Positions 28,084-37,659 of a stretch of 64,000 nucleotides of DNA are shown in pieces. Under the pieces are notes generated by a model that saw only the letters and a program-made list of their open reading frames with translations, had not been told where the DNA came from and did no database searches. The DNA comes from a virus: positions 1 to 64,000 of the IMG/VR virus record IMGVR_UViG_3300032156_000001; one strand, written 5' to 3'. The translations under genes and the position numbers were made by a program. The first letter of the stretch is position 1, and each line of letters opens with the position of its first letter.

Positions 28084-28655
28084 TGGTGGTGCCGCGCGAT
28101 AAGGACATGCTGTACTACGAAGCAGGCTGCGGCTTCGCGGTCTACGTGAGGAAGCACGATCCGAAGAGCATCTTCCACGACAAGACGCGGCCGTACGGCG
28201 CGTGGTTTAGCGGCTGCGCCGTCGGCTATTCCAAGACGTTGAAGCAAGCCATCAACGTTGCTCATGCCTATCTTCTGGAGCGGATCGGGAAGGAGCGGTT
28301 GTCGGCCCTCGGCGCGCTCAAGCTGACCGACCGGTTTCTGGCGAAGCACACGCAGCCGGTTAAGATGACCCAGCCCAAGCCTGTCGACGTGCCGAAGGAA
28401 GAGGGAGTCGAACCGGTCGATCTGCTTCAGTGCCAAGTCCTGGTGCCTAACGGCTGCACATTCATGAGCTTCGGCGGTCGTCCGGGGTGCGCACGGTGCA
28501 CCAATGAGCCCATTGCGGTCCTGACGGAGAAGAAGCCCGGAAAAGGCGGCAAGCGGGGTTCCATGTCCGTGTGCGGCTCCTGCCTCATCGTGGCCTGCAA
28601 GCAGATGGACCTGCGCAAGTACGAAGTGAAGGCGATACAACATGAACAGCTGTGA
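28083..28655 (+). CDS. hypothetical protein with C-terminal Cys motifs
   Basis: 190-aa ORF. Confidence 0.6.
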   Translation: MVVPRDKDMLYYEAGCGFAVYVRKHDPKSIFHDKTRPYGAWFSGCAVGYSKTLKQAINVAHAYLLERIGKERLSALGALKLTDRFLAKHTQPVKMTQPKPVDVPKEEGVEPVDLLQCQVLVPNGCTFMSFGGRPGCARCTNEPIAVLTEKKPGKGGKRGSMSVCGSCLIVACKQMDLRKYEVKAIQHEQL

Positions 28656-29139
28656 AGAGGGCCTGCTCGATGGTCTGAGCAGGCGCTTGGCCGAACAGGA
28701 GGTAGAGGCGGAGGGGGTTTTCGAGTCCAGGGCGGTCAGGAAGCTAGCTTCGCTCCTGGACGTGCCTCTACCCAATATGTCGGTCGCTCCGGCGATCAAC
28801 TGTAGTGATTTCCTGGACAAGTACCAGGATTTCCCTGTCAAACTGACATGCATGGCCAAAACGATACAGTTGGACCGTGTCATTCTGGCCATGGAGAAAA
28901 CCAAGGTCTGGGAACGACTTATGACCGAGATCGAGCAGCACGACGATTGCACGTCGCGCGGCGTCCTGTGCCGCGACCGGCATGGCAGAATTTTCGTGCT
29001 GCACGACGCCTGGAACGTGGACAGGGAGCCGGGGCTGATTCGCGTCGAACGGCCCGCCAACGTGGCTGGCAAGGGCCTGGTCTTCGAGACGGTAGAGACG
29101 TTCGCGGCGGATATCAGGCGGTACGGCTGGCATCCCTGA
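28642..29139 (+). CDS. hypothetical protein
   Basis: 165-aa ORF. Confidence 0.6.
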   Translation: MNSCEEGLLDGLSRRLAEQEVEAEGVFESRAVRKLASLLDVPLPNMSVAPAINCSDFLDKYQDFPVKLTCMAKTIQLDRVILAMEKTKVWERLMTEIEQHDDCTSRGVLCRDRHGRIFVLHDAWNVDREPGLIRVERPANVAGKGLVFETVETFAADIRRYGWHP

Positions 29140-29149
29140 CGGAGGGTTC

Positions 29150-29410
29150 ATGAGCAATCGTTTACGCGCTTCTGCTTCGCGGCGCCTGAAGCTCATAGCC
29201 GAAGTGAGCCAGGCGGTATTCGACGCAACGGAATCATTCCGTGTGCGGAACATCGGCTCCGATCTAGCCTACCTGCTGATGGCTGTGGCAAACAACGACA
29301 AACTTGACGTATGGCCGGATGTTCCGTCGCGGCTGATCGGGATCCTCAGGGAAGAGCTGCCGGCCGGTCATGCCATTTGGCGGCACATCAGGAAGCGTCA
29401 TGCACCGTAG
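29150..29410 (+). CDS. hypothetical protein
   Basis: SD GGAGG, 86 aa. Confidence 0.55.
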   Translation: MSNRLRASASRRLKLIAEVSQAVFDATESFRVRNIGSDLAYLLMAVANNDKLDVWPDVPSRLIGILREELPAGHAIWRHIRKRHAP

Positions 29411-29801
29411 CGAGGAGTGCCCCGACAAGGAGAAGCTGAGGCAATTCGTGACGGAGATGAAGAAGGCGGGCGTGTCGGGGCGGGTCCAGGACCTGTTCCT
29501 CAGGCGTGCCGCGTATCCGCCGGATCTCCGCCTCGCGATCAACCTGAAGGTCATGCTGGGCCAGATGGTCGTCCGGGAGATCGACGACCTGCTCCACGAC
29601 GGCTTGCTGCCTGAGGAATACGCCGCCCTGGTGGAGATCCAGGCGAAGAGCCTGCCGAGGCCGATGCTGGAGGTGGGGCACGGCCTCCTGGACGTGCACA
29701 ACCGCGGCCTCCTGCTGCGGGCGGTGTCTAAACTGTTCCGCCGGGCCAAGCAGGCCAAGGACGCCAAACTGCCCGGCCTGAAGGGGATACTGGGGGATTG
29801 A
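29400..29801 (+). CDS. hypothetical protein
   Basis: ATG at 29400 overlapping the upstream gene. Confidence 0.6.
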   Translation: MHRSEECPDKEKLRQFVTEMKKAGVSGRVQDLFLRRAAYPPDLRLAINLKVMLGQMVVREIDDLLHDGLLPEEYAALVEIQAKSLPRPMLEVGHGLLDVHNRGLLLRAVSKLFRRAKQAKDAKLPGLKGILGD

Positions 29802-29803
29802 CG

Positions 29804-30163
29804 ATGGGATACGGCACGAAGGCGGAAGCGACAGTCGCGGCCAAGCGCCTGCAAAAGCGCATGTGCGGCAAGGGCTGGAAGTACCGGGTGTGGGAGAACC
29901 TCGGCTGGCACTATTCCGTGCACAACGGCGGGATGACGGTCCATCCGTCGTGCGTCAAAGGCGAGTTCTTCACGCTGCTGTCCAGCGGGGGCGATCTTGG
30001 TTCCGGCGAGTGCTACTGGACGCCTTCGGGCACGCGGTTCAAGGACCCGAACGCGGCGGTGCGGTTCCAGATCTTGAAGGCTCGCAAGTTCGTCGGTCGG
30101 GTGCAGGAGGCGGTCGAGTCGGTGGCGGTCGCCATCGGCATGAAGCGCCGCCCGTTGAAGTAG
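29804..30163 (+). CDS. hypothetical phage protein
   Basis: VWENLGWHY segment. Confidence 0.6.
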   Translation: MGYGTKAEATVAAKRLQKRMCGKGWKYRVWENLGWHYSVHNGGMTVHPSCVKGEFFTLLSSGGDLGSGECYWTPSGTRFKDPNAAVRFQILKARKFVGRVQEAVESVAVAIGMKRRPLK

Positions 30164-30179
30164 CCGGAAAGGAGAGGGA

Positions 30180-31472
30180 ATGATCGCGGACCATGTTTCG
30201 GCCGGCATCTACTATCCCGGCCGCCTGGCGGTGAAAGACATAGCGGCGGAGATCGAGCGCCAGCGCAAGGCGAAGATCGACGTGCTGGTGGACTCGCGCA
30301 AACTCGAGTTCGTCGCCGATTCCGGGCAGTTCCTGTTGCGCGTGCCGGTCAATGGTACGCCCATCCGCCTGCCGATGACCAGGATGGTGCACAACCAGAT
30401 GGCCGAATGGATCGGCATCCGGCAGGGCGACCGCCTGTACAAATGGCTCTTCAGCGGCGCGCAGCGCCCGAAGGCCGACAAGGAGGATTGGGACCCGCGC
30501 CCGCACTGGCAAACCGCGGCGAACCTGTACAACGACTTCCTCCACACGGAGAACAAGGTCCGCACGGTGCGGATCATGCAGGCGCCGCCGGCGGCCGACA
30601 TGATGACGAAGGAATGGGCGATCAAGCCGCCCGTGATGTTCGTCCGCGCGCTCCTGAGCGACAAGTACATGGACCTCTCGAACGCGGACATGATGTACGC
30701 CATCGCGGACGCCTGCCGAGAGATGAAGGCGCAACTGTGGCACGCCCGCCTCGGCGAGGACTCGTTCCACATCTACGCGGTCGCCCCGCACATCGAGGGG
30801 CAGATCCGCCTGGACAGGACGTTCGACCCCGGCGACGGCTGGCAGAGCCGCTGGTACGGGAAGGCCGGCGATACGGTCAACGCGGCCTTGGCCGGCAGCA
30901 ACAGCGAGACCGGCGGCGGCTGCTGCGAGATGAGCATGGCCATCCTGCGCCGCGTCTGCATGAACTACAGCGTCCACCACCAGCTGATCTCCAAGAGCCA
31001 CGTCGGCGCGAAGCTGCCCTTCGAGGGCGACGCGGCGGTGATCTCCGAGGAGACCGTCAAGCTGAGGAACGCGTACTTCTTCAGCCAGATCAAGGACCAC
31101 GTCCGCACGGTCTTCGACCCCGACAGGTTCCGCGCCTACATCGCCAAGCTCAACGAGGCGACGCAGGACGCCGTGAAGGAGCCGGAGCAGGTGTCCAGCG
31201 TGCTGCACTTCTGCTACGACATCAGCGAGGAGCGCGCGGCGGCGATCCGCGACCTCTTCGTGAGCGAGAAGGACATGTCCAGGTACGGGGTCATGAACGC
31301 GGTCACCAACTTCGCGCAGGGGGTCGCCTTGCCGGCGGACGTCGGCTTCGCCCTTGAGCGCATGTCCACCGACATCGCGGGGACCGAGTTCGCCGAACTG
31401 ACGCGCCGCGCCTCGGCGGTCAAGAGGGAGCGCGACAGGGCCGAGAAACGGGAGAAGGTTGCGGTCGCCTGA
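30180..31472 (+). CDS. DUF932-like phage protein
   Basis: RALLSDKY...NSETGGG...RVCMN pattern. Confidence 0.6.
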   Translation: MIADHVSAGIYYPGRLAVKDIAAEIERQRKAKIDVLVDSRKLEFVADSGQFLLRVPVNGTPIRLPMTRMVHNQMAEWIGIRQGDRLYKWLFSGAQRPKADKEDWDPRPHWQTAANLYNDFLHTENKVRTVRIMQAPPAADMMTKEWAIKPPVMFVRALLSDKYMDLSNADMMYAIADACREMKAQLWHARLGEDSFHIYAVAPHIEGQIRLDRTFDPGDGWQSRWYGKAGDTVNAALAGSNSETGGGCCEMSMAILRRVCMNYSVHHQLISKSHVGAKLPFEGDAAVISEETVKLRNAYFFSQIKDHVRTVFDPDRFRAYIAKLNEATQDAVKEPEQVSSVLHFCYDISEERAAAIRDLFVSEKDMSRYGVMNAVTNFAQGVALPADVGFALERMSTDIAGTEFAELTRRASAVKRERDRAEKREKVAVA

Positions 31473-31497
31473 CGGCCGCCCGGAGGGAAAGGACAAC

Positions 31498-32313
31498 ATG
31501 GCGAGGAAGAGGAAGGCGAAGGGCGAGAGGATGGCCGGGCCGACAAGCGAGCTGGCGCTCAGCGCCACCCCGGTCCCGATGGCGTCGGAGGCGCCGGCGC
31601 AGCCGCCGGTGCTGCTGACGGCGCAGCAGGAGAAGGAGGGCGGCCAGCGGTTCGCCGCCGAGGTGGACAGGATCGTGCAGCGGTATCAGAGCACGATCGC
31701 CACGATCCTGGCCACGCACTGGGAGACCGGCAAGTTTGTCGACTCGCTGGTGGTGCAGCCCGGCCACTGGGGCAACGTCACGGTGGAGAAACTGGCCGAG
31801 TCCCTCGCCGGCAGGCTCAAGGCGGGCGGCATCTCCCCCGCCAGCCTGTACGCGTACAGGCAGTTGTTCAATGTATTCCCGTCGCAGGAGGACGTGCGCA
31901 AGCTGGCGAACCTGAACATCCCGTGGTGGGTCGTCAACCGCATGCTGCCGTGGACCAAGGAGGCCCGCGATGAGTTCATCGCGGCGTATCCCAACCTGGA
32001 TACGAAGAAGGTCGCCGAATGGATCGACGACCGGAGCAAGGAGCTGCCCGAGAAGGCCGGCAAGAAGGCGAAGGTCAGCGACGGCCACAAGATCAGGGCC
32101 GCCCTGTCGGTGTACGACGCCATCGGCGGCATCTGCGCCGACCTCAACTCGCGGATGAACGAGCTGGGGAAGGCGGACAAGATCTGGCAGGAGGACGAGG
32201 ACAAGCCCCGCCAGGGCGAGTTCGCCAAGAAGCGCAAGGACATGATAAAGGCGCTCGAGAGCACTGGTGAGCACATCAAGATCGTCCTGGCGCGCCTTGA
32301 AGAGAAGAAGTAG
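31498..32313 (+). CDS. hypothetical protein
   Basis: ATG at 31498 after GGAGGG. Confidence 0.7.
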   Translation: MARKRKAKGERMAGPTSELALSATPVPMASEAPAQPPVLLTAQQEKEGGQRFAAEVDRIVQRYQSTIATILATHWETGKFVDSLVVQPGHWGNVTVEKLAESLAGRLKAGGISPASLYAYRQLFNVFPSQEDVRKLANLNIPWWVVNRMLPWTKEARDEFIAAYPNLDTKKVAEWIDDRSKELPEKAGKKAKVSDGHKIRAALSVYDAIGGICADLNSRMNELGKADKIWQEDEDKPRQGEFAKKRKDMIKALESTGEHIKIVLARLEEKK

Positions 32314-32355
32314 TTTTCGGCGCGTAACGCCGGTGCGCGCTGCGGTTTGGGTGCT

Positions 32356-32398
32356 GGCGGCGGAATGGTCATGAAACGTGACTGTTCCGCCGCCTTTT
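32356..32398 (+). terminator. intrinsic terminator
   Basis: GGCGGCGGAA/TTCCGCCGCC stem plus TTTT. Confidence 0.7.
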
Positions 32399-32474
32399 CG
32401 TCCGTGCACCGAACGATAACCGGCATACGAGCGATATAGTTTGTTGCAAGGCGCGCAGACTGGAGGACTTAGGA

Positions 32475-33470
32475 ATGGGACTTTGTCTCGTTTGCAAGGT
32501 CGGCATTGCCGATAGCGATGTCGAGTCGCAAGGCGTGGCTTATTGCGACATGCACAGCCTCCGCGTCGTGATGACGGCCCTGTTCCTTCGTGTTCTGTAC
32601 ACGATGCCGCGGGAGCCGGACGACTACTGCCTGGATACATGGTTCTCGGCGCTGGGGGCGTCCGAGGAGATGCCGAACACGATCCAGGAGTACAACAGTT
32701 TCTTGCTTCGGAAACTGCCGCTGGACGGAACGCCGGATTACGAGAGCTGGCCGGACACGTTCGCGATACCTTGGGTCCACCCTGCCCAAGTCTCGGCGGT
32801 GGCCGCCAGATACGGACTGGGCGCCTTCTGCAACCATTCCGACTGCGACGGCGTCCACAGCCCCGGCCAGGTCAGGGACATTGTCAGATTGTTCGAGTTC
32901 ATACGTCAACCCGCGGAAGAAATCAGCCGATCTATAAAGAGGGCGCGCTGCCTGCCGGAGCAGCGGAAGGAGAGATTCGAGGATCTTTTGGACCGGGTGA
33001 AGACGCTTGATTGGTTCTACGGCGAAGTGGAACGGGTCGGCGGATACGTCGTATTCGCGCGACGTGAGGAGGCCGCCGTGGTCGTGACGATGGTAGCCGC
33101 GCTGATACCGGAGGCGAACTTGTTCATCAGCGAGGGTTTCGTCTGCGACCTGCCGAAGGCCGCTTCCGACGGCAAGTGCCCGGAATGCGAGAAGCTCGCG
33201 GTCCGGGTGCGAATGCCCGTCGCGGGCTACGATCCCGGTCGGCGCGACTTCCTGGGCATGGAGGTGGTCCCGTTCAGGGTGGACGGCAGCGCCTACGTGC
33301 TGGTCGGCAAGCGCGTATGCTCGCTGGAGGGCGGCAAGGCGCTGGACCGCTGCCTGGATCTCAACCTTCGCGACAGGGCTATCGTCATCGAGGACACGCT
33401 GCAGCGGCACGACATCGCCCCGATCCACACCGGGCTGTACATGCTGGACACTGGGAAACTGGAGGGCTGA
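32475..33470 (+). CDS. hypothetical protein
   Basis: 331-aa ORF with SD GGAGG. Confidence 0.65.
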   Translation: MGLCLVCKVGIADSDVESQGVAYCDMHSLRVVMTALFLRVLYTMPREPDDYCLDTWFSALGASEEMPNTIQEYNSFLLRKLPLDGTPDYESWPDTFAIPWVHPAQVSAVAARYGLGAFCNHSDCDGVHSPGQVRDIVRLFEFIRQPAEEISRSIKRARCLPEQRKERFEDLLDRVKTLDWFYGEVERVGGYVVFARREEAAVVVTMVAALIPEANLFISEGFVCDLPKAASDGKCPECEKLAVRVRMPVAGYDPGRRDFLGMEVVPFRVDGSAYVLVGKRVCSLEGGKALDRCLDLNLRDRAIVIEDTLQRHDIAPIHTGLYMLDTGKLEG

Positions 33471-34001
33471 ATGGCAAGAAACAGACCGTCTGGCGGGCGC
33501 GGACAGTGGGTCGAGGCGTGCCCCGCGTGCGGCGCCCCGACCCTTTACGTTTTCAGGGCCACGCTCGTCGCGACCGGCAAGACGATTTACCCGATGGCCA
33601 AGTTGTGCGCGCAGGGTTTCGGCTTCGAGCTGCCCATCGGACAGAAGGACGGTTCCACGGAAGACGAACGCGTGTTCTGTGCGGCATGCGAACAGCAGTT
33701 CACGCTCGATCAACTGACGACCGATTCCGAATCCGAATACATCTTTACGGTGCGTTCGGTAACCAACGAAAAGGATAAGCTGGACGGCTCGATAATCGTG
33801 GCGCCGGGGGCTGTGATGGTGAAACTCATCGGTTACGGTACTTGCGTCATGGAAGACGGCAGGGGTTTTCCCGTCTGCATCGAACTGTCTACCAAGGGTA
33901 GCCCGAAAGTGATGGTCTGGGCCGACATCAACAACGAAGATCCTACCCACATGATCGATCTGTGCGGCGCGTCGGAAAGTGCCAGGAAGATCGGATCGTG
34001 A
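33471..34001 (+). CDS. Zn-ribbon hypothetical protein
   Basis: CPAC...CAAC. Confidence 0.6.
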   Translation: MARNRPSGGRGQWVEACPACGAPTLYVFRATLVATGKTIYPMAKLCAQGFGFELPIGQKDGSTEDERVFCAACEQQFTLDQLTTDSESEYIFTVRSVTNEKDKLDGSIIVAPGAVMVKLIGYGTCVMEDGRGFPVCIELSTKGSPKVMVWADINNEDPTHMIDLCGASESARKIGS

Positions 34002-34249
34002 CCAGGCGGCGATTCGAGCGGAACCTCTGTCAGAGGATGAAGAACTTCGATAGAGCGGCGAAATCCGCCGCGATGGCGATGTTCGATTCCGGTGCCGTGG
34101 AAGGCGTGGAGCAGGCGCTTGGGCCGTCCCGGGCGCTGCTTATGATCCTGGTCCTGCATGCGGCGGTGGAAGAAACCAACGAGCTCACCAAGCTGTCGCA
34201 GGAACTGAGCCGCGAATTCATCGCCAGGCTGAGGGAAAAGAAACCGTGA
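33998..34249 (+). CDS. hypothetical protein
   Basis: GTGA overlap with the upstream gene. Confidence 0.5.
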   Translation: MTRRRFERNLCQRMKNFDRAAKSAAMAMFDSGAVEGVEQALGPSRALLMILVLHAAVEETNELTKLSQELSREFIARLREKKP

Positions 34250-34758
34250 GCAGGTCGAAGGACGGCAGCATCCGGCTGCACAAGACCAAGGGCCTGAACC
34301 CGCGGTTGACCAGGTGCATGGACTGCGGCAAGGATGTCGGCGTGGCACTCCTGGGCGCGACGGACTACATGTACAAGTGCCGCTCGTGCGGCAAGACCAC
34401 CGTCGGCGTCTTCAAGCATACGAGCAAGTGCCCGCAGTGCGAGATGGCCGGCGGCTCGACGGAGGAAGTCCCGGAGTTCGCGCCGCTGCCCATGGAGCTG
34501 TGCGACGACTGCGTGAAGAAGCGCAAGGAGTTTCACGATACGCTGGTGGAGGCGGCCAAGACGGGCGGCGTGGCCGCGAAGTGCCTGAATTGCCGCGCCC
34601 AGATGGTCGTCGCGGGCAGTTCCGAGCTGGCGAAGGACACGCGCAAGCGCTCCAAGATCGCGGCGCCCGGCCTTGTCGGCGTGGAAGTGCCGGAGTGCCC
34701 TAATTGCCGGGCAAAGCCCGCGAACGAACTGGTGAAGGAGGAGAAGCATGGGAGTTAG
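34246..34758 (+). CDS. multi-CxxC Zn-binding protein
   Basis: Six CxxC pairs. Confidence 0.65.
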   Translation: MSRSKDGSIRLHKTKGLNPRLTRCMDCGKDVGVALLGATDYMYKCRSCGKTTVGVFKHTSKCPQCEMAGGSTEEVPEFAPLPMELCDDCVKKRKEFHDTLVEAAKTGGVAAKCLNCRAQMVVAGSSELAKDTRKRSKIAAPGLVGVEVPECPNCRAKPANELVKEEKHGS

Positions 34759-35224
34759 CTACTACGCGTCTGCCGCTATAGGCATACGCGTCGACCCCGA
34801 GAAGCTGTTCGTGAAGAGGCGGGTGGCGGCCTGTTACGACAGGGATGGCGAGTTCCGTCACGCCTGCCCGTTCCGCAAGACGGACATGGCGAACGAGGTG
34901 TCCGCGGCGCAACTGCCCAAGTTCTGTCCCGAATGCGGCAAGGAACCGTCGGTGGTGAAGAAGCTGCCTATCGAGGGAATGCGGTACGACGACCATGAAA
35001 GCCTTTGGATCCTGGACAGCTTCAGGGTGCTGTCGACGAGCGTCGAAAGTCGGCCGTGCGTGGTGGTCGGCAAGTTTGTTCGGACCGGATGGGACAAGCC
35101 GATCGTGTTTTTCGCTGTTCCTGACATCGACGCCATTCGTGCGAAGCTTCTTGCGGCGCTGAAGCCGCGTGGCCTATGGGACGACAAGCAGTTCGGCGTG
35201 TATGCCGTACTCTATGTCTCCTGA
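34748..35224 (+). CDS. hypothetical protein
   Basis: 158 aa; CPECG. Confidence 0.6.
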   Translation: MGVSYYASAAIGIRVDPEKLFVKRRVAACYDRDGEFRHACPFRKTDMANEVSAAQLPKFCPECGKEPSVVKKLPIEGMRYDDHESLWILDSFRVLSTSVESRPCVVVGKFVRTGWDKPIVFFAVPDIDAIRAKLLAALKPRGLWDDKQFGVYAVLYVS

Positions 35225-35450
35225 TGATGCCGCCATCGACCCCGCAGACCGCTCCTGGGAAACGACCGATCCCGAGCCGGTACGCCTTCTGGCGTGGTGG
35301 TGTTCCCTGCGCGAGTTCCAGCGGGAGCTGCTCGCCGGCGATCCCGCGTAGCCTGCCCGGCAGCGTCTTGCGGAAGAGCGGCTGGGCCCCAATGATTCGT
35401 GCCCGTGCGGGTCTGGCAGGAAGTTCAAGCGCTGCTGCCAGCACACCTGA
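35214..35450 (+). pseudogene. SEC-C motif ORF interrupted by in-frame TAG (35349-35351)
   Basis: After the TAG the same frame reads [32 protein letters not shown]. Confidence 0.6.
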
Positions 35451-35456
35451 GGCTGG

Positions 35457-35492
35457 CTAAAAAACCCCTGTTTTTGCGCTATTATACTGTGG
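35457..35492 (+). promoter_or_regulatory. 36-bp promoter-like motif, copy 2
   Basis: 32/36 identical to 473-508. Confidence 0.7.
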
Positions 35493-35585
35493 TGTGGATT
35501 CGCTCCGCATCAAATGGTCCTTCCCAGCCGGCGCTCGGCGCCGATAGCCGGCTGCCGCCTGGAAGTGGGGGCGGGCGGTCTCGAA

Positions 35586-35617
35586 CCCCGGGCTCGAAAA
35601 GGGCCCGGGGTTTTCTT
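35586..35617 (+). terminator. terminator-like hairpin
   Basis: CCCCGGGCTC-GAAAA-GGGCCCGGGG plus TTTTCTT. Confidence 0.6.
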
Positions 35618-35618
35618 C

Positions 35619-35691
35619 GGACGGTGATGGTCACCCGCCTGGCGGCGAAAGCCCCCTGGCCGGCCGGGTTCGATTCCCGGTCCGTCCTCCA
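35619..35691 (+). ncRNA. tRNA-like element lacking a canonical D/anticodon arm
   Basis: GGACGG/CCGTCC acceptor-like stem, CCGGG-TTCGATT-CCCGG T-arm, ends T-CCA. Confidence 0.5.
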
Positions 35692-35693
35692 GC

Positions 35694-35875
35694 TGAGGGC
35701 GCCGGCAACGGCGTTCCTCGACCGTCGTGTGGCCTCAAGGGACCGATCCCCGATGCGCGGCGACCCCGCGCTGACACGACGTTAACCTGTCTGCTTGGCA
35801 AGCGGGTGGGTTTTCCAGGCCTTGCAGGGCCTGGTCGCTGGGGGAGCCTGGTGCTGCTACACCGGCTCCCTCGGC
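35694..35875 (+). ncRNA. cluster of GC-rich hairpins, putative structured RNA or leader
   Basis: GCAA tetraloop hairpin; CGTCGTGT/ACACGACG-closed 3-way junction; CCAGGCC/GGCCTGG and GGGAGCC/GGCTCCC stems. Confidence 0.4.
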
Positions 35876-35914
35876 ACTTTTTACCGCCGCTGCAACGGCG
35901 GGAGGAGGCAGCGC

Positions 35915-36079
35915 ATGTCGGATAGGGAGATTCGTCAGATCGAGGAGCAGATGGCGCGTGAGCGCGAGGAGCGCGAGCGTGCGCAGCGCCTCGAGAGAGC
36001 GTATCGGGCCCAGCGTTGGGCCCAGCGCATCAAGCTGGACGAAGTGGAACGGTTGGACGAGCTCGGGCTGGAAGGCTGA
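35915..36079 (+). CDS. small basic/acidic protein
   Basis: SD GGAGGAGG, ATG at 35915. Confidence 0.55.
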   Translation: MSDREIRQIEEQMAREREERERAQRLERAYRAQRWAQRIKLDEVERLDELGLEG

Positions 36080-36157
36080 ACGTCCGCCGCGGTTCCGGGT
36101 GACTGTCGCCCCCCGACACCCGGGATCGCTGGTTGTGGGGGGAAAAGGGGGTGGCAG

Positions 36158-36568
36158 ATGGTGGCCAAGGCTCAGCCGGGACCCGGGACGGTCCCGACGG
36201 TGGAAGTGATGGGACCGGAACCGTCGGTCAAGCCGGTCGGCGTGTCGAAGGAGGAGTTGGTTACCCTGGGAACCCGGGCCTGGAACGCCGTCTACGCCCG
36301 CGCGGAGCAGGCGGTGGACTGGCTCGGCAAGCGGATCCGGGACGGGGCGAGGTGGATCTGGTTCGCCCTGGTCAAGGTCTTCGACTTCGCCAAGGAGGCC
36401 GCGATCCGCGTCGCCAGCTGCGGTTGGGAGCTGGCGAAGGTGGCCATCCACGCGGCGATCAACCTGGCCAGGCTCGCGATCGAGCTCAGCCAGTCGGTCC
36501 TGTCGGGGATCCTTCGCGCGCTGAGCATCCTGCTCGACGGCGTGAAGGAGGAGAAGGCTGCGGCGTGA
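36158..36568 (+). CDS. hypothetical protein
   Basis: 136 aa, amphipathic helices. Confidence 0.6.
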   Translation: MVAKAQPGPGTVPTVEVMGPEPSVKPVGVSKEELVTLGTRAWNAVYARAEQAVDWLGKRIRDGARWIWFALVKVFDFAKEAAIRVASCGWELAKVAIHAAINLARLAIELSQSVLSGILRALSILLDGVKEEKAAA

Positions 36569-36606
36569 AACCGGCGGGCGCGAGCCCGGCCGGGGGATGG
36601 AAGGAG

Positions 36607-36639
36607 ACGCGCGGGCTGAAACACGCCCGCGCGTTTTTT
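36607..36639 (+). terminator. intrinsic terminator
   Basis: ACGCGCGGGC/GCCCGCGCGT plus TTTTT. Confidence 0.75.
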
Positions 36640-36664
36640 CTCCGTATCGGGGAGGAAAGGCCAA

Positions 36665-37360
36665 GTGGGAACGATAGCCCTGTCGCGAACATACATCGCC
36701 CCCGCCGGCGCCCCGGTCCTTCACAGCGTCGATGAGGCGCTACTGACTGCCAAGGTGTCGCGGACTATCTGTCTCGATTGCTCCGACCGGTACTACTGCT
36801 GCCACAGGCGCGCCACGGAACGCGGCATCCTGATCGGCGCCCGCCAAGCGGAACATCTGATGTCGCTGGCCCCCGCGTTGATGCATTACACGGGCCACCC
36901 TTCGGCCGAGTGGCTTCCCGTCTTCACGCGTTGGCTGGACTGGGACAAGGTTGAGCCGGATCACGAGCAGCTGTTCGGCGGCGGGTTCTCCATTCGGTTG
37001 GCTCGAAGCAAGGGTGACTGCAACTGCGCGATGATGAACTCCATGAGCGGCTGCATCCTGCGCTGCCACGAGCGCGCTCGTGGCGGGGAAGGCAACAACT
37101 GTGTCCCTATCAATTGCCGGCTGTTGCCGGCCCAGCTCAGCAACGGAATACTGGGCCTGGCTCCGGGCTACCCCGATAGTTTCCATTGTGCGATATCGCC
37201 AACCGGCGCCCTCAATGGCGCGGTCGGCTATTCGCTGCTGGAGCTTGTCATCGGCGATATTGACTACATATTTCGCAGACTGGGGGCGGGCCTGGAACTG
37301 CGCAACATCGCCTTCTCGTGGAAGGCGAAGACGGCGAAAGTGGCCGAGGAAGTCAAATGA
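36665..37360 (+). CDS. Cys-rich (YkgJ/CxxCxxxCC-like) metal-binding protein
   Basis: CLDCSDRYYCC...CNC...C...C pattern. Confidence 0.45.
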   Translation: MGTIALSRTYIAPAGAPVLHSVDEALLTAKVSRTICLDCSDRYYCCHRRATERGILIGARQAEHLMSLAPALMHYTGHPSAEWLPVFTRWLDWDKVEPDHEQLFGGGFSIRLARSKGDCNCAMMNSMSGCILRCHERARGGEGNNCVPINCRLLPAQLSNGILGLAPGYPDSFHCAISPTGALNGAVGYSLLELVIGDIDYIFRRLGAGLELRNIAFSWKAKTAKVAEEVK

Positions 37361-37659
37361 GCAATGTTGACGAATTGAGACGGAACCCGTTGTACATGAA
37401 GTACCTGGGATGCCTCGGCCTGCTGGCCCGCTGTTCCATCCATCTTCAGGATGTGGCAGGTGAGGACTCCGCGGACGAGCTGCGCGAGACGATCGAGCGC
37501 GCCCTCAGCGACGCGCAGCATCTCGGCGTCCCCATTCGGTACAGGCGGATCCTGGCCCGGATAGAAGTGGAAGCGAAAGCCGAAGGAGAAGACGATGAAA
37601 CTGGGAAACAAGATAAGGCCGCGGGTCAGGGTGGTGGGCATCGACCCGCCGCCGGATGA
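37357..37659 (+). CDS. hypothetical protein
   Basis: ATGA overlap. Confidence 0.55.
   Translation: MSNVDELRRNPLYMKYLGCLGLLARCSIHLQDVAGEDSADELRETIERALSDAQHLGVPIRYRRILARIEVEAKAEGEDDETGKQDKAAGQGGGHRPAAG

Noticed and set aside
35349-35351. Genome-wide TAG reassignment (alternative genetic code)
   Set aside because: Many confident genes end at TAG with the next gene starting immediately (for example sbcC, primase, polA, sigma).
35619-35691. Canonical functional tRNA
   Set aside because: No D-arm or 7-nt anticodon loop can be folded; kept only as a tRNA-like element.
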